From Candidatus Saccharimonadota bacterium (GTDB taxonomy: Bacteria > Patescibacteriota > Saccharimonadia > Saccharimonadales > DTSZ01): a stretch of 64,000 nt of DNA. The stretch covers positions 92,937 to 156,936 of the forward strand of contig DTSZ01000001.1 of assembly GCA_012965045.1 (NCBI GenBank). Direction: 5' to 3'. The notes under the pieces were generated by a model that saw nothing but the letters and a program-made list of their open reading frames with translations, ran no database searches and was not told where the DNA came from. Each line of letters begins with the position of its first letter. Position 1 is the first letter of the stretch. Both the position numbers and the translations under genes were made by a program. Positions 1 through 10,219 of this stretch are shown piece after piece.

Positions 1-42
1 ACAAATTATCAACTCGGCTAGTTGGCGTGTATACTACATTTT

Positions 43-1476
43 ATGAGCAAAACAGATGTAACCCTAGAAGATATTACCAGTTTATGTAAGCGCCGAGGCT
101 TTATTTATCAAGGCAGCGAAATATACGGCGGGTTGGCTGGTACATGGGACTATGGGCCGCTCGGGTTGCAGCTTAAAAAGAACATTATGAACCTGTGGTG
201 GAAGACGTTTGTTGAAGATCGCAGCGATATGTACGGTGTTGACGGTGCAATCTTAATGAACCAAAAAACCTGGCAGGCCAGTGGTCATGTCGATACGTTT
301 GTTGACCCATTGTGTGAAGACACCGTTAATCATAAACGATTTAGGACTGACCACATTTTAAAAGATAACGGCCACAATCCAGATGGCTTAACGATGCAAC
401 AAATAGATGAACTAATTGCAAACGAGGGCATTAAAAGCCCTGATGGCAACCCGTTGAGTGAATCTCGCACTTTTAATATGATGTTTGAAACTTTCATCGG
501 ACCAAACTCTAGGCACGAGATGCCTGGTGTCGTAAATGATGGACCTGCTAATTCAAATATAGTCACAATGGGAGGCTTGAACAAAGATTCGGTTGTTTCT
601 TATAACAAAAAAGACCTTATTTATTTACGACCAGAAACTGCTCAGGCGATTTTTACGAATTATCGCAATATAGTAGATAGCTTTAGCCCAAATTTTCCGT
701 TTGGAATTGCTCAGCAGGGTAAGGCGTTTAGAAATGAAATTTCTCCGCGTGATTTTGTGTTTCGATCACGAGAGTTTGAGCAAATGGAAATTGAATATTT
801 TGTTCATCCAGATAACTGGGAAGAGCAGTTTGAGTTGTGGCGCAAAGAAATACTAAGTTTTTTTGAAAAGCTAGGATTGCCACAGGATAAATTGCACGAA
901 CTAGAGGTTCCAGACAATGACTTGGCCCACTACAGCAAGCGCACGATTGATTTTGAGTTTGAGTATCCACATGGAAAAGACGAGCTAGCCGGATTTGCAT
1001 ATCGTACTGATTTTGATCTGAGCAATGTTCAGCGGGTGAGTGGTAAAAATATGCAATACCGACCTAAAGACCAAAGTGAACCTTTTGTGCCACATGTATT
1101 AGAGCCGTCGTTTGGCGTGGAACGTGCAGTTATGGCGGTGCTTACCAGCGCCTATTGGCACGACACAGAAAATGACCGAATTGTCTTACGACTACCCAAG
1201 CACCTCGCTCCAGTAAAAATGGCGGTTAGCCCGTTACTTAAAAACAAACCAGAGTTGGTAAAAAAAGCTCAAGAAGTGTTTGGCGCGATGAAGGAAAAAT
1301 ATGGCAATGTGATGTGGGACGACAATGGCAACATTGGTAAACGTTACCGACGCCAGGACGAGATTGGTACTCCAACCTGTGTCGTAATTGACTTTGACAC
1401 CCTTGAAGACGACACAGTCACCGTGCGCGACCGTGATACGACCGAACAAACACGCGTGAAAATTGAGGAACTGTAA
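43..1476 (+). CDS. glyQS: glycine--tRNA ligase (class II, homodimeric GlyQS type)
   Basis: ORF 22..1476. The conserved N-terminus RGFIYQGSEIYGGLAGTWDYGPLG follows the ATG at 43. Class II motifs are present (FRNEISPR, EPSFGVERA), as is a C-terminal anticodon-binding region (GKRYRRQDEIGTP). The gene ends in tandem TAA TAA. Confidence 0.9.
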   Translation: MSKTDVTLEDITSLCKRRGFIYQGSEIYGGLAGTWDYGPLGLQLKKNIMNLWWKTFVEDRSDMYGVDGAILMNQKTWQASGHVDTFVDPLCEDTVNHKRFRTDHILKDNGHNPDGLTMQQIDELIANEGIKSPDGNPLSESRTFNMMFETFIGPNSRHEMPGVVNDGPANSNIVTMGGLNKDSVVSYNKKDLIYLRPETAQAIFTNYRNIVDSFSPNFPFGIAQQGKAFRNEISPRDFVFRSREFEQMEIEYFVHPDNWEEQFELWRKEILSFFEKLGLPQDKLHELEVPDNDLAHYSKRTIDFEFEYPHGKDELAGFAYRTDFDLSNVQRVSGKNMQYRPKDQSEPFVPHVLEPSFGVERAVMAVLTSAYWHDTENDRIVLRLPKHLAPVKMAVSPLLKNKPELVKKAQEVFGAMKEKYGNVMWDDNGNIGKRYRRQDEIGTPTCVVIDFDTLEDDTVTVRDRDTTEQTRVKIEEL

Positions 1477-1559
1477 TAATTTCTGAGTCGATTGTTTACT
1501 ACACCGATGGCAGCGCCAGCCCCAACCCTGGTCCAGGAGGCTTTGCAGTTATTAAAGAT

Positions 1560-1910
1560 ATGAAGCCAGCTATATTAGGCGGTGAACCGAGCGGAACAGA
1601 AACCACTAATATCCGCATGGAAGGTTTTGCGATTATTGCAGCGCTCAAAGATGCCAACGGACGGGAATGCGTTATTCATACCGACAGTGAATTTTGGATT
1701 AATGTCATTACTAAATGGTCGATTGCGTGGGAGGCTAAAGGTTGGAAGAAAAAGGGTGGAGACATAAAAAACCTCGACATTGTTAAGGAGGTCTGTGGTT
1801 TGTACAAGCAATCAAAAGCCAAGCTCGTCTGGGTGCGCGCCCACAATGACGATCCTGGTAATGAGATGGCAGATGAGTACGCTAACAAGGCCCGCGAACA
1901 AAATCTATAG
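1560..1910 (+). CDS. rnhA: ribonuclease HI. The coordinates start at the first ATG, but the conserved N-terminus continues in frame upstream to at least 1491.
   Basis: RNase HI catalytic residues are recognisable: NIRME (Glu), HTDSE (Asp), RAHNDD..NEMADEYA (His/Asp). The first catalytic Asp (YYTDGS..NPGPGG) is encoded at 1491..1541, upstream of the first ATG. Confidence 0.8.
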   Translation: MKPAILGGEPSGTETTNIRMEGFAIIAALKDANGRECVIHTDSEFWINVITKWSIAWEAKGWKKKGGDIKNLDIVKEVCGLYKQSKAKLVWVRAHNDDPGNEMADEYANKAREQNL

Positions 1911-1933
1911 AAGTAAAGTGCTAAAATGAATCC

Positions 1934-2575
1934 ATGAAACTACTTTTAACTTCCGCGGGTATAGCTAATCAATCAATTGCAGATTCGCTAAGCGAATTAA
2001 CAGATAAGAAACCAGAGCAAACTAAGATTGGCTTTATCCCTACGGCTATGAATGTTGAAGGAGCAAATAAAAATGAGCGTTGGTATCTGGGGCTTATAGA
2101 TAACTTGCGAAGGTTTGGTTTCGGCTGGATTGATTTAATTGATATTTCAGCTGCAGATGTGGATTGGCGTACAAGGTTAAACGAAGTAGATGTTGTGTTT
2201 GTCGGAGGTGGTAATACGTTTCATTTACTAAACCAGGCACGCAAGACCGGTTTTGATCAATGGGTAAAGAAAAACATCAAAAATAAAGTATACGTAGGCG
2301 TAAGTGCCGGCAGCATTTTAGCAACTCCAACTATTGAAGTTGCAAGAATTGAACCAGCAGACCCAAATTTATGTGGATTAACTAATCTGACTGGTTTAGG
2401 GTTAATTGATTTTGAAATTGAGCCACACTGCGACCAAAAGAGGTTTAGGGTGGTAGAGAAATGGGCAGAGCAGAACAAGAAAAAAATTTATGCGCTCGAC
2501 GACGAATGCGCTCTTAAGGTAATTAACCGATCAATAGAAGTAGTTTCAGAGGGAGCCTGGGAATTTTATGGTTAA
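1934..2575 (+). CDS. peptidase E-like serine peptidase (family S51)
   Basis: 213 aa. It carries the PepE-like motifs VFVGGGNTFHLL and GVSAGS (nucleophile Ser), plus a downstream EPH His. Confidence 0.7.
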   Translation: MKLLLTSAGIANQSIADSLSELTDKKPEQTKIGFIPTAMNVEGANKNERWYLGLIDNLRRFGFGWIDLIDISAADVDWRTRLNEVDVVFVGGGNTFHLLNQARKTGFDQWVKKNIKNKVYVGVSAGSILATPTIEVARIEPADPNLCGLTNLTGLGLIDFEIEPHCDQKRFRVVEKWAEQNKKKIYALDDECALKVINRSIEVVSEGAWEFYG

Positions 2576-2939
2576 AGTCGCTGAATTTAGGTTAAAACTA
2601 TTCCCGAAAGATTTTTATAAAGTACGTAATTTTTACGAAGATCAGCTTGGCTTCAAGGTAGTGAACGAGTGGGATCATGAAGATAAAAAGGGTGTAATGT
2701 TTACAGTAGGCCCAGCAATACTGGAGCTATTGTGGGAGAAAGATCAAGCAACTCCAGAGTATCGATCATCAGATGTGTCTTGGCGAGTAGACGATGTGTG
2801 GAGTATTTGGGAAGAGTATAAAGGAAAAGAGTGTATTGTCTTTGAATTGCGAGACAATAGTTGGGGTGATACCTCATTTTTCATTAAAGACCCCGAAGGA
2901 TTTAGAATTACTTTTTTCACAGAGCTTAAAGCCACTTGA
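2568..2939 (+). CDS. VOC (glyoxalase/bleomycin-resistance fold) family protein
   Basis: 123 aa. The size and the N-terminal pattern FYEDQLGFKVV are typical of VOC-fold proteins. It overlaps the upstream gene by 8 nt. Confidence 0.5.
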   Translation: MVKVAEFRLKLFPKDFYKVRNFYEDQLGFKVVNEWDHEDKKGVMFTVGPAILELLWEKDQATPEYRSSDVSWRVDDVWSIWEEYKGKECIVFELRDNSWGDTSFFIKDPEGFRITFFTELKAT

Positions 2940-2951
2940 TATAATTGAGTC

Positions 2952-3578
2952 ATGAGCAAATTAGATTTTAAGAAACTTGATTATTTTAAAGCTAAAAGAG
3001 AGCCAAGTATTGTAAATGTACCTAAAGCACAATATTTAGCAGTAGATGGAACGGGGCACCCAAGCTTGTCGGACGATTGGCAAAAAGCTATAGAAATGCT
3101 GTATCCAGTGGCATATGCAATTAGGATGTCACCAAAAAAAGACAGAGCGCCTGCAGGTTACCGAGAATATACAGTCGGGCCGCTAAGTGGTTTATGGTGG
3201 GCTGATGATGTTACTTCGCAAGAAGATTTTGAGTCTCGATTAAAAGAAGAATGGAAATGGACAGCACTCATTGTTCAGCCTGATTTTGCAACAAAGGAAG
3301 TGGCCGAGCAGTTTATTGAACTAACTAAAGAAAACAAGCCAGAGCTTGATCTAGATAAAATGTATTATTTGCAAGAAGAGACAACTGAAGCAGCACAGAT
3401 ATTGCATATAGGGTCGTATGAAGCCGAAGCGCCGACAATAAGAAAGCTACATGATTTTATTGAAGCACAGGGCTATAAAATCAATGGCAAACATCACGAA
3501 ATATACTTAAGCGACCCGCGCCGAGTTGATGAATCAAAGCTTAAAACTATTATTAGGTATCCTGTAGAAAAATCATAA
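2952..3578 (+). CDS. GyrI-like small-molecule-binding domain protein
   Basis: 208 aa. The pattern (YLAVDGTGHP ... ILHIGSYEAEAPTIRKLHDFIEAQGY...HHEIYLSDPRR) resembles GyrI-like/SOUL-type effector-binding domains. Confidence 0.55.
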   Translation: MSKLDFKKLDYFKAKREPSIVNVPKAQYLAVDGTGHPSLSDDWQKAIEMLYPVAYAIRMSPKKDRAPAGYREYTVGPLSGLWWADDVTSQEDFESRLKEEWKWTALIVQPDFATKEVAEQFIELTKENKPELDLDKMYYLQEETTEAAQILHIGSYEAEAPTIRKLHDFIEAQGYKINGKHHEIYLSDPRRVDESKLKTIIRYPVEKS

Positions 3579-3598
3579 GTACGCTACACTAATAGAGT

Positions 3599-4657
3599 AT
3601 GGATTTAAATTTTATAGTCAGTTTAATTGGCGGGTTGATGATAGGGCTTTTGGTAGCTAGTTTATGGCTTAGAAAGCCACAGACTGGAACTAATAATGAG
3701 AATCAGAACGACAGCCAGCTGCGCTTATTGCAAGATCAGATTGCTAAACTTACAGATAAAATGGACACCCGTTTAGATAAATCTAACACCATGCTGTTAA
3801 ACAGTTTTGGTAAATTTCAAACAGAAACAAATCAAATCGTTAAAGATGTCACTCAGCGCCTGACTAAACTTGATGAAACTAATAAGCGTGTTGTTGATGT
3901 AGCAGACGAATTAAAGACCCTGCAAAACGTACTGCAAAATCCAAAACAACGAGGCGTATTAGGGGAGTATTATCTGCAGACGGTGTTAGAAAACGTCTTG
4001 CCACCTGGACGATTTGCTATGCAGTACAAGTTTGCTGATGGGGAAATAGTTGATGCGGCAATTTTTTTACAAGACAGCAAAATTTTACCAGTTGATTCGA
4101 AATTTAGTTTAGAAAATTACAATCGGCTTATAGACGAAAAGGACAAAACAAAACGGGATGCTCTTACGAAGTTAATAAAAAATGACTTAAAAAAACGGAT
4201 TGATGAAACCGCCAAATATATTCGCCCACAGGAAAACACTATGGATTTTGCCTTTATGTTTTTGCCAAGCGAGGCCATGTATTATGACCTCCTTATAGCT
4301 AACGTGGGTGTGGTTAGCAGGGACTTAATTGAGTATGCGTTTCAAGAAAAAAAGGTGATTATTGTAAGCCCAACAAGCTTTTTAGCTTATTTACAAACTG
4401 TGCTACAAGGGTTGCGTAGCTTGCAGATTGAAGAGCAAGCCAAAGAAATTCAAAAGAATGTTGGTAAACTTGGACGGCATTTAGAAGTATATGATGAGTT
4501 TATGGGCAAACTAGGTAGTTCGCTTGGCACGACCGTAAACCACTACAACCGAGCCCACAAAGAGCTTAAAAAAGTTGATAAGGATGTAACTAAAATCACT
4601 GGTGCGACAGAGGTAGTAGACCCATTGCAATTAGACAAGCCACAGGGAGACGATTAA
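3599..4657 (+). CDS. rmuC: DNA recombination protein RmuC
   Basis: 352 aa with an N-terminal TM helix and a coiled-coil. The conserved RmuC C-terminal region is present (DFAFMFLPSEAMY, VSPTSFLAYL). Confidence 0.85.
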   Translation: MDLNFIVSLIGGLMIGLLVASLWLRKPQTGTNNENQNDSQLRLLQDQIAKLTDKMDTRLDKSNTMLLNSFGKFQTETNQIVKDVTQRLTKLDETNKRVVDVADELKTLQNVLQNPKQRGVLGEYYLQTVLENVLPPGRFAMQYKFADGEIVDAAIFLQDSKILPVDSKFSLENYNRLIDEKDKTKRDALTKLIKNDLKKRIDETAKYIRPQENTMDFAFMFLPSEAMYYDLLIANVGVVSRDLIEYAFQEKKVIIVSPTSFLAYLQTVLQGLRSLQIEEQAKEIQKNVGKLGRHLEVYDEFMGKLGSSLGTTVNHYNRAHKELKKVDKDVTKITGATEVVDPLQLDKPQGDD

Positions 4658-5211
4658 TGGCGGCCGGAGTTCAGCAGGCGACATTTGCAGCTGGTTGTTT
4701 TTGGTGTTTAGACGCAATATTTCGTAAAACAATAGGAGTGACAAACGTTCAGTCTGGCTACAGTGGTGGCGAGCACGACAGCCCGACATATGATTCTATT
4801 CACACTCGAAATGACGGCTATGCAGAAAGTGTACATATTGAGTTCGATCCCGATCAAATTTCGTACGCAGTTTTGTTGGAAATTTTTTGGACGAGTCATA
4901 ACCCAACTACGCCGAACCAGGACGGAGCTAATATTGGGCAAGAGTACCGAAGCATAATTTTTTACCATGATGATGAACAAAAGCAGCAGGCCGATATCAG
5001 TAAGCACGAAGTAGCGCCGACGCTATGGGATAAGCCAATAGTTACAGAGATTGTAGCGTTTGAGAAATTTTATACAGCTGAAGATCATCACCAGAACTTT
5101 TTCTTTGAAAAACCTAACAATCCTTACTGCATGGTTGTCATAAACCCCAAGCTAGCGAAATTCAAAGAACGGTTCGCGGAGTATGTCCGCGAGGAACCGC
5201 TTGGTACTTAA
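4657..5211 (+). CDS. msrA: peptide-methionine (S)-S-oxide reductase
   Basis: Active-site motif GCFWC is near the N-terminus (ATFAAGCFWC). Conserved YHQNF-like HHQNFF is present. The start overlaps the rmuC stop (TAATG). Confidence 0.9.
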   Translation: MAAGVQQATFAAGCFWCLDAIFRKTIGVTNVQSGYSGGEHDSPTYDSIHTRNDGYAESVHIEFDPDQISYAVLLEIFWTSHNPTTPNQDGANIGQEYRSIIFYHDDEQKQQADISKHEVAPTLWDKPIVTEIVAFEKFYTAEDHHQNFFFEKPNNPYCMVVINPKLAKFKERFAEYVREEPLGT

Positions 5212-5603
5212 TGAAGAAAGTCCTGATTTTAGAGGATAATAGGCAATTTGTCTCATTACTCACTGGCTATTTAGAAGAGCTGGCAACAAACCAAAGTACT
5301 CACATACAAATTGATGTGTATGAGTCTGAGCGCGATGTACTTGAGATAGTCAACCCGAACGCGACAAACTGGGATGCGATTTTATTAGACTATTACGCCG
5401 TTGATGGGACATTCTTTAAGCTCGACTTTGACTTAATTGACGCACACAAAGTGATAGCTATGTCTTCCGAGCCGTCCAAAAATGCCATAGCCAGAAGGTA
5501 TGGAGTAACGCATACTGTGCAAAAGGATTATCGAAAACTAGGTACGAGCGCATACGCGATTGTACAAATATTAAAAGGAGTACTTTTTGGCAAAGAAGAA
5601 TAA
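5211..5603 (+). CDS. stand-alone receiver-like (REC) domain protein, divergent
   Basis: 130 aa. It has an LILEDN acidic pair, an AILLDYY putative phospho-acceptor Asp, and IAMSS. No output domain is present. Confidence 0.45.
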   Translation: MKKVLILEDNRQFVSLLTGYLEELATNQSTHIQIDVYESERDVLEIVNPNATNWDAILLDYYAVDGTFFKLDFDLIDAHKVIAMSSEPSKNAIARRYGVTHTVQKDYRKLGTSAYAIVQILKGVLFGKEE

Positions 5604-6846
5604 AACAGTAGTCGTAAACCTAGACGCCTTTGTGCCGAGTGGGCAGACTATAGGCGAGCTAGACGACGGTCGCAAGATTTTTGTGTGGGGAGGATTGCCA
5701 GGCGAAGAATGCAAGGTTGCTATCACTAAGTCGAAAACAAAATTTGCTCAAGGTATTGTCGTTGAGGTCATACAACCATCTAAGCAACGTGTTGAGCCAA
5801 AAGACGGAGCGTTTTTAAGTACGTCTCCGTGGCAGATCGTACCGTGGAAAATGGAGAACACCGAGAAACACCGATTGTTAAAGGAAACGTTTGCTCAGCA
5901 GGGAATTGAGGTGGAGTTCGATTGGCATAACGATGAGCAGCAATGGGCTTATCGCAACAAAATGGAGTTTAGTTTTTGGTGGGATCATGACACTGGACTT
6001 GAACTAGCGTTCCATATGCGCGGTGCACGACACCGACTACCCGTAGAGGGTAGTTCACTTGCCATGGAAGAAATTAACAGAGCAGCACGTGGAATTAGAG
6101 ACGCTCTACGCGTAGCAGAGGTTGAGGCGAGAGTTTTAAAAACACTAATGCTGCGCGCCGACAGGAATGGGTCTGTGTATGCAGCGTTATTTGTTAAAGA
6201 TAAAGATTTCCAGCCTCCGACCGACATAGAAAAAACAGTCGACGGTTTAAAAATTTATTTTAGTAATCCTAAAAGCCCGGCTTCTGTGAGCACGAAGCTT
6301 TTACATGCATTTGGCGAGGACAAGATCGTAGACAAAATCTTAGATACAGAACTGACGTATAGCGTTGAGTCATTTTTTCAGGTTAATATACCGGTCTTCG
6401 AGCAAGCCCTACGAGATATTAAAAAATTTACTACCGAAAGTGACGCTACCAGTATCGTAGATCTCTACAGTGGGGTAGGCAGTATTGGGCTGAGTGTTGG
6501 CGCCCATACGTTAGTTGATTCTGATACAGAATCAATTCGATTTGCAAAAATGAATGCCGCTAATAATGAAACAGTCATTCATTCCACCAGCGAACAGGCT
6601 GTTGAGCACATAAACAGCGCCGATATTCTAATTGTTGATCCACCGCGAGCTGGCCTGCATGGTTATGTAACTGATGCGATTGAGGAGTACCAGCCACGCT
6701 ATGTTGTGTACTTGTCGTGCAACCCGGCAACACAAGCCCGCGATATCGGCCATCTCGGCAGCTATAAGATAACAGCTGCCAAAGGGTATAACTTTTTTCC
6801 TAAAACTCCACACATCGAAAGTTTGGTTATTTTAGAAAAAACTTAA
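5587..6846 (+). CDS. RNA (uracil-5-)-methyltransferase, TrmA/RlmD (RumA) family
   Basis: TTG start. It has an N-terminal TRAM-like barrel, SAM motif DLYSGVGSIGL, DPPRAG, and the catalytic-Cys motif YLSCNPAT. Confidence 0.8.
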   Translation: MAKKNKTVVVNLDAFVPSGQTIGELDDGRKIFVWGGLPGEECKVAITKSKTKFAQGIVVEVIQPSKQRVEPKDGAFLSTSPWQIVPWKMENTEKHRLLKETFAQQGIEVEFDWHNDEQQWAYRNKMEFSFWWDHDTGLELAFHMRGARHRLPVEGSSLAMEEINRAARGIRDALRVAEVEARVLKTLMLRADRNGSVYAALFVKDKDFQPPTDIEKTVDGLKIYFSNPKSPASVSTKLLHAFGEDKIVDKILDTELTYSVESFFQVNIPVFEQALRDIKKFTTESDATSIVDLYSGVGSIGLSVGAHTLVDSDTESIRFAKMNAANNETVIHSTSEQAVEHINSADILIVDPPRAGLHGYVTDAIEEYQPRYVVYLSCNPATQARDIGHLGSYKITAAKGYNFFPKTPHIESLVILEKT

Positions 6847-6886
6847 CAGTGGCTGAACGGAGCCATGTTGTATAGTAGTTTCATAT

Positions 6887-7567
6887 ATGTATAAGATTTT
6901 GGTTGTTGAGGATAACTCGGATATGCGCCAGGCGGTTGCCGAAGCGCTGGTACGAGATGGCCATAAGGTGTATTCGGCTGAATCAGCTGAGAAGGCAAAG
7001 GATTTTTTAGCGCAGGACGCCGACATTGATATTGGGATATTGGATATTAATTTACCGGGTGATTCGGGCCTAGATCTAACAGATTATATTCGCGATCTCG
7101 ACATAACCATACCACTTATTGCAATTACAGCCCGGGATAGCCTACAAGAGCGAATTGAGGGGCTAGAGTCTGGCTTTACCGACTATGTTGTTAAGCCCTT
7201 CGATCTAACCGAGCTAATAGCCCGCGTCCACGCTCATTTACGTCAAGCTGGCCACAACGACGACAGGAGCCTTGTTTTGCGCACCAAGCGGTTTAAGTTA
7301 GTGCCAGATGCCTTTGAGTTCTTTGTTGATGACCATATGGTTGAGTTAACAAAAATTGAATTTAGAATTATGCAAAAACTGCTCGAAAATAACACTGTTA
7401 TGGTCCCGATAGACGACATTATAGAATTTGCCTGGGGCGAGCAGTCAGACCTGATAAACCCTCCGATACGTATCCATATAGCTAATCTTCGTAAGAAAAT
7501 TGGTGACGACGACTTTTCGGTAATCAAAACAATACCCGGTACAGGCTATAAGCTGAGTGATGGCTAG
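6887..7567 (+). CDS. OmpR-family response regulator
   Basis: REC domain (VVEDN, ILDINLPGDSG, KPF) plus a winged-helix C-terminus (IRIHIANLRKKI, IPGTGYKL). Confidence 0.85.
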   Translation: MYKILVVEDNSDMRQAVAEALVRDGHKVYSAESAEKAKDFLAQDADIDIGILDINLPGDSGLDLTDYIRDLDITIPLIAITARDSLQERIEGLESGFTDYVVKPFDLTELIARVHAHLRQAGHNDDRSLVLRTKRFKLVPDAFEFFVDDHMVELTKIEFRIMQKLLENNTVMVPIDDIIEFAWGEQSDLINPPIRIHIANLRKKIGDDDFSVIKTIPGTGYKLSDG

Positions 7568-8603
7568 AGAAAAGTCCTCAACAAATATTCGAGAATTATT
7601 TTATGGTGTACGGCTAAAAATAACTCTTACAATTATTGTATTGGTTGCTTTTTCGATTTTCGTCTACGCGTTGACGCTGTTGCAGTCGATATCGCAGGTC
7701 CGGCTTACAGAACAAGAAACCCTGCAGATAATTAGCGACACCCAACCAGATACACAGCGAATTTTTTTCATGGATGTGCCCCAGGAAGCACTGCAAGACT
7801 ATACAGGGGTATTGTACGAGGAATTTGTCGAGCGTAGAGCTCAAGGCGTAACCCGCTTAACGCCGTTAATTGTTCTAGCAAGCGGTGTAATTGCCTATGC
7901 CGTGGCACGTCAAATTTTGCGCCCAATCAAGGATTCTTACAGCGCTCAGGAGCGCTTTATGCAAGACGCAGCGCATGAATTTAGAAATCCGTTAGCGGCC
8001 CTAAAAGTTACCGTGCAAAATATTAAGTCGCGCGGCACGCTAGACAAAGACGATGCCTTAAAACTACTAAAATCAACTGAAACACAGGTAAATAGACTTA
8101 TTTCAATCAACGAAGACTTGCTTTATTTGGAGCGAAAAGAAGAATCGCTATCGAAAAAATCAAAAAAACTTAATATCTCAGAGCTTCTATTAGACGTTCT
8201 TGAAGATTTAGAGTCATTGGCTCGACAACAAAATCTTAAAATAATTTCTAAAATTCAAGATGATATTTCTTTACGTATTCCGGCAGAACGTTTTGTGAAG
8301 ATTGCCCAAAACATCATTGGCAATGCTATCAAATACAGTAAGCCTGGCTCTGGCGAAGTACGGGTTTCGCTGACAGAAAAGAATGGCAGTGTTCGGTTGA
8401 GCGTGCGGGACTTTGGAGTAGGTATTCCGAGTGACGACTTAGCTCAGATTGGCCGACGGTTCTACCGGGCGTCGAACACCTCGGCTTTTAGTGGTACCGG
8501 CCTTGGTATGGCGATTGTGCAAAAGGCAGTTTCGGCTCAAGGCGGTCAACTAACAGTTAATAGTAAGCCCGACGAGGGCACGCACGTTGTCGTGAATTTG
8601 TAG
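7557..8603 (+). CDS. sensor histidine kinase (partner of 6887..7567)
   Basis: Two TM segments, H-box AAHEFRNPL, N-box NAIKYS, and G-boxes DFGVGI / GTGLGMAIV. It overlaps the regulator gene by 11 nt. Confidence 0.85.
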   Translation: MMAREKSSTNIRELFYGVRLKITLTIIVLVAFSIFVYALTLLQSISQVRLTEQETLQIISDTQPDTQRIFFMDVPQEALQDYTGVLYEEFVERRAQGVTRLTPLIVLASGVIAYAVARQILRPIKDSYSAQERFMQDAAHEFRNPLAALKVTVQNIKSRGTLDKDDALKLLKSTETQVNRLISINEDLLYLERKEESLSKKSKKLNISELLLDVLEDLESLARQQNLKIISKIQDDISLRIPAERFVKIAQNIIGNAIKYSKPGSGEVRVSLTEKNGSVRLSVRDFGVGIPSDDLAQIGRRFYRASNTSAFSGTGLGMAIVQKAVSAQGGQLTVNSKPDEGTHVVVNL

Positions 8604-8679
8604 GTGCCTGACCCGCGTGGGTGTAATGGTCTACAATTGAACTGTACGAACTCCGGTATACGAGCTACGATATACTGAC

Positions 8680-10179
8680 ATGCAGCATCTTTCTAAGTCA
8701 GATTATTTAAAATTTCGGGTTCATCCAGCTTTCTTGTGGTATCAAAAACATAGTCCGAATGTTTTGCCAAAACCGACCGACAATCAAAAATATACCTTTC
8801 AACAAGGTGACGAATTTGAGCAGTACGCTAAACAACTGTTTGAGGGCGGGGTCGAGGTTGCTGCCGAGCATTATGATTTCAAGGAAGTTTTAAACCAGAC
8901 TAGACAACTACTTTCTGGTGAATGGCGCGTGGTGTTTCAGCCAGGGTTTATGACTGACGACCGCCTGTACTGTAGAAGCGATATCATCGAGAAAACGGAC
9001 ACTGGCTGGATCTTGTATGAAGTAAAGAGTTCCACAAGTGTTAAAACAAGTCACTTGTTTGATTTAGCTTTTCAAAAAAAAGTTCTACAACAACTCGGGC
9101 ATACCGTTACTGCCTGCCGGGTGCTGCATATTAATAAATTTTATAAAAGAAAAAAAGTCATACGACCTGAAAGTTTGGTTGCAATCCGTGACGTAAGCGA
9201 AGAAGTTGCCGAAATAGCCAATAAAGTCGACAAGGAAGTTGCAGAGGCGCAAGCCGTTATCGAGCAGGCGGAGGCCGACGATCACCCGGCTTTTGCTGGA
9301 AATTTGGCCGAATGGATGCCGATATACAATCATATTCATGACGTAGCGGATGATTCAGTTTTAAACCTAACAAGTATTAAACCATCGCAGGTAAAAGAAT
9401 ACTTTTTCGCTGGTATTGAGTCACTGCATGAGCTCGAGCCTAGTTCTGCATTAAATGACAGACAAAAATGGCAAATTAGGGCTACCAAAAATGGCTCGCC
9501 GCTGATTGACGGCGAAAAAGTAAAGACGTTTTTAGATTCTTTGCAGTATCCGTTGTATTTTCTCGATTACGAAACCTCGGCCTACGCAATTCCATTTTAC
9601 GAGGGGGTGAAGCCATATCAACAGATGCCATTTCAGTATTCGCTACATAAACTCGATTCGCCGCAATCACCATTAGAACATTATGAATATCTGCACACCG
9701 AAAAAAACAATCCAGCCCAGCAACTAACGGAGTCATTACTGGGTGATTTGGGTGAAACAGGCACGGTGTTAGCTTGGTTTGATAAGTTCGAAAAATACTG
9801 TAATCGAACGCTTGCAGACTTTGTACCCGAACATAAAGATAGGCTCCATGACATTAATAAACACATGAAAGATTTACGCATACCATTTGCTAACTTCGGA
9901 TATGTAGATGCGCGGTTTGGCGGCAGTACATCGATAAAAAATGTTCTTCCAGTGGTTGTACCTCAGTTAAGTTACAAAAGTCTCGGCATTCAAGAAGGCG
10001 GAGCAGCCCAGCGACTGTGGCAGCAGGTTGTGTTTGATTCTGTTGACGGAGGAGAACAAGTGTTTAACGATCTTATTGAATACTGCAAACTCGATACACT
10101 TGCTATGGTGGAAATTTATAGGGTGTTGCTTGCAGTTGCTGGTTTAGAGTCAGTCAAGACTCAAAGCAGTCTTTTTTAG
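8680..10179 (+). CDS. DUF2779-like protein: N-terminal PD-(D/E)XK nuclease fold plus C-terminal DnaQ-like (DxE) exonuclease-like region
   Basis: The N-terminal half has a D...EVK motif (SDIIEKTDTGWILYEVKSS). The C-terminal half has YFLDYETSAYAIPFY...PFQYSLH, which I recognise from the DUF2779 family. Confidence 0.55.
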   Translation: MQHLSKSDYLKFRVHPAFLWYQKHSPNVLPKPTDNQKYTFQQGDEFEQYAKQLFEGGVEVAAEHYDFKEVLNQTRQLLSGEWRVVFQPGFMTDDRLYCRSDIIEKTDTGWILYEVKSSTSVKTSHLFDLAFQKKVLQQLGHTVTACRVLHINKFYKRKKVIRPESLVAIRDVSEEVAEIANKVDKEVAEAQAVIEQAEADDHPAFAGNLAEWMPIYNHIHDVADDSVLNLTSIKPSQVKEYFFAGIESLHELEPSSALNDRQKWQIRATKNGSPLIDGEKVKTFLDSLQYPLYFLDYETSAYAIPFYEGVKPYQQMPFQYSLHKLDSPQSPLEHYEYLHTEKNNPAQQLTESLLGDLGETGTVLAWFDKFEKYCNRTLADFVPEHKDRLHDINKHMKDLRIPFANFGYVDARFGGSTSIKNVLPVVVPQLSYKSLGIQEGGAAQRLWQQVVFDSVDGGEQVFNDLIEYCKLDTLAMVEIYRVLLAVAGLESVKTQSSLF

Positions 10180-10219
10180 TTTCGTCATTAACGCTTTATT
10201 TTGAGACAATAGGACGGTA

